Source of the DNA: an uncultured delta proteobacterium
GTDB lineage: Bacteria > Myxococcota > Myxococcia > Myxococcales > Myxococcaceae
Direction: 5' to 3'
Assembly: GCA_963771175.1 (NCBI GenBank)
Contig: CAVYSY010000026.1
Location: 416,001-480,000, forward strand
Length of the DNA stretch: 64,000 nucleotides
The notes below the pieces were generated by a model. That model saw nothing but the letters and a program-made list of their open reading frames with translations. It was not told the origin of the DNA and did not search any database. The first letter of the stretch is position 1; each line of letters opens with the position of its first letter. The position numbers and the translations under genes were made by a program. Below are positions 63,679 through 64,000 of the stretch, piece after piece.

Positions 63679-64000
63679 ATGGCCGACGAGCTCCTGGTCT
63701 TCGAGCAAACCATCGAAGCAGTCTTCATACGCGCTCTGCACGGGCGCCTCCCGCCCAACTGCAAGGCGCGTCTGCGACAGGCGGGGTTGGACCTGGATCA
63801 GAAGCTCCGCCCCGCCTACCCATTCGACGCATGGATGACGTTCCTCCGCATCGCGGCGGAGGAACTCTACCCGGGCGAGCCCCTGGAGAAGGGGGCCTTC
63901 AAGATTGGCGAGGCCTGTATCGATGGCTTCCGCGAGACGATGCTGGGGCGCGCCGTGCTGTCGCTGCTGCGCGTGCTGGGCCCCCGGCGGGCGCTGATGC
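63679..64000 (+). CDS. DUF2378 family protein (runs off the window end)
   Basis: My translation: MADELLVFEQTIEAVFIRALHGRL...AGLDLDQKLRPAYPFDAW...VLGPRRALM. Confidence 0.88.
   Translation, partial: MADELLVFEQTIEAVFIRALHGRLPPNCKARLRQAGLDLDQKLRPAYPFDAWMTFLRIAAEELYPGEPLEKGAFKIGEACIDGFRETMLGRAVLSLLRVLGPRRALM

Overview
High-GC myxobacterial chromosome segment (Cystobacter/Archangium-like, inferred from DUF2378 paralogues, oar-mlpA, ELWxxDGT and lipoprotein families). The first ~23 kb is accessory. It holds a RidA/LysR pair and a ~2.2-kb scar island (1842-4010) of IS91-like, IS3-like and IS701-like remnants enclosing two low-GC 'toxin tail + orphan immunity-like' cassettes. After that come a five-gene translationally coupled SWIM / DUF5691-like / MoxR AAA+ / DUF5682-like / VWA operon (yehQ-L-M-P type), a lipoprotein polymorphic toxin with an HNH-like tip and its immunity gene, a methyltransferase and an ELWxxDGT lipoprotein. 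The accessory part ends with a candidate lipid modification/export cluster (sterol desaturase, MMPL/RND exporter, lipoprotein, and a secreted prenyltransferase-fold protein with CxxCH) and an orphan SMI1/KNR4 gene. The rest is mostly core genome: rnj, yajQ, rimO, lolA, trmH-like, obgE-rpmA-rplU, carbonic anhydrase, gatCAB, ftsK, a THUMP methyltransferase, plsY, a radical SAM enzyme and the oar-mlpA / tonB-exbB-exbD-exbD locus. Many genes, including normally essential ones (gatA, ftsK), carry frameshifts that look like sequencing indels rather than true pseudogenisation. No rRNA, tRNA or CRISPR array was seen. All family assignments come from motif recognition by eye; no database was searched.
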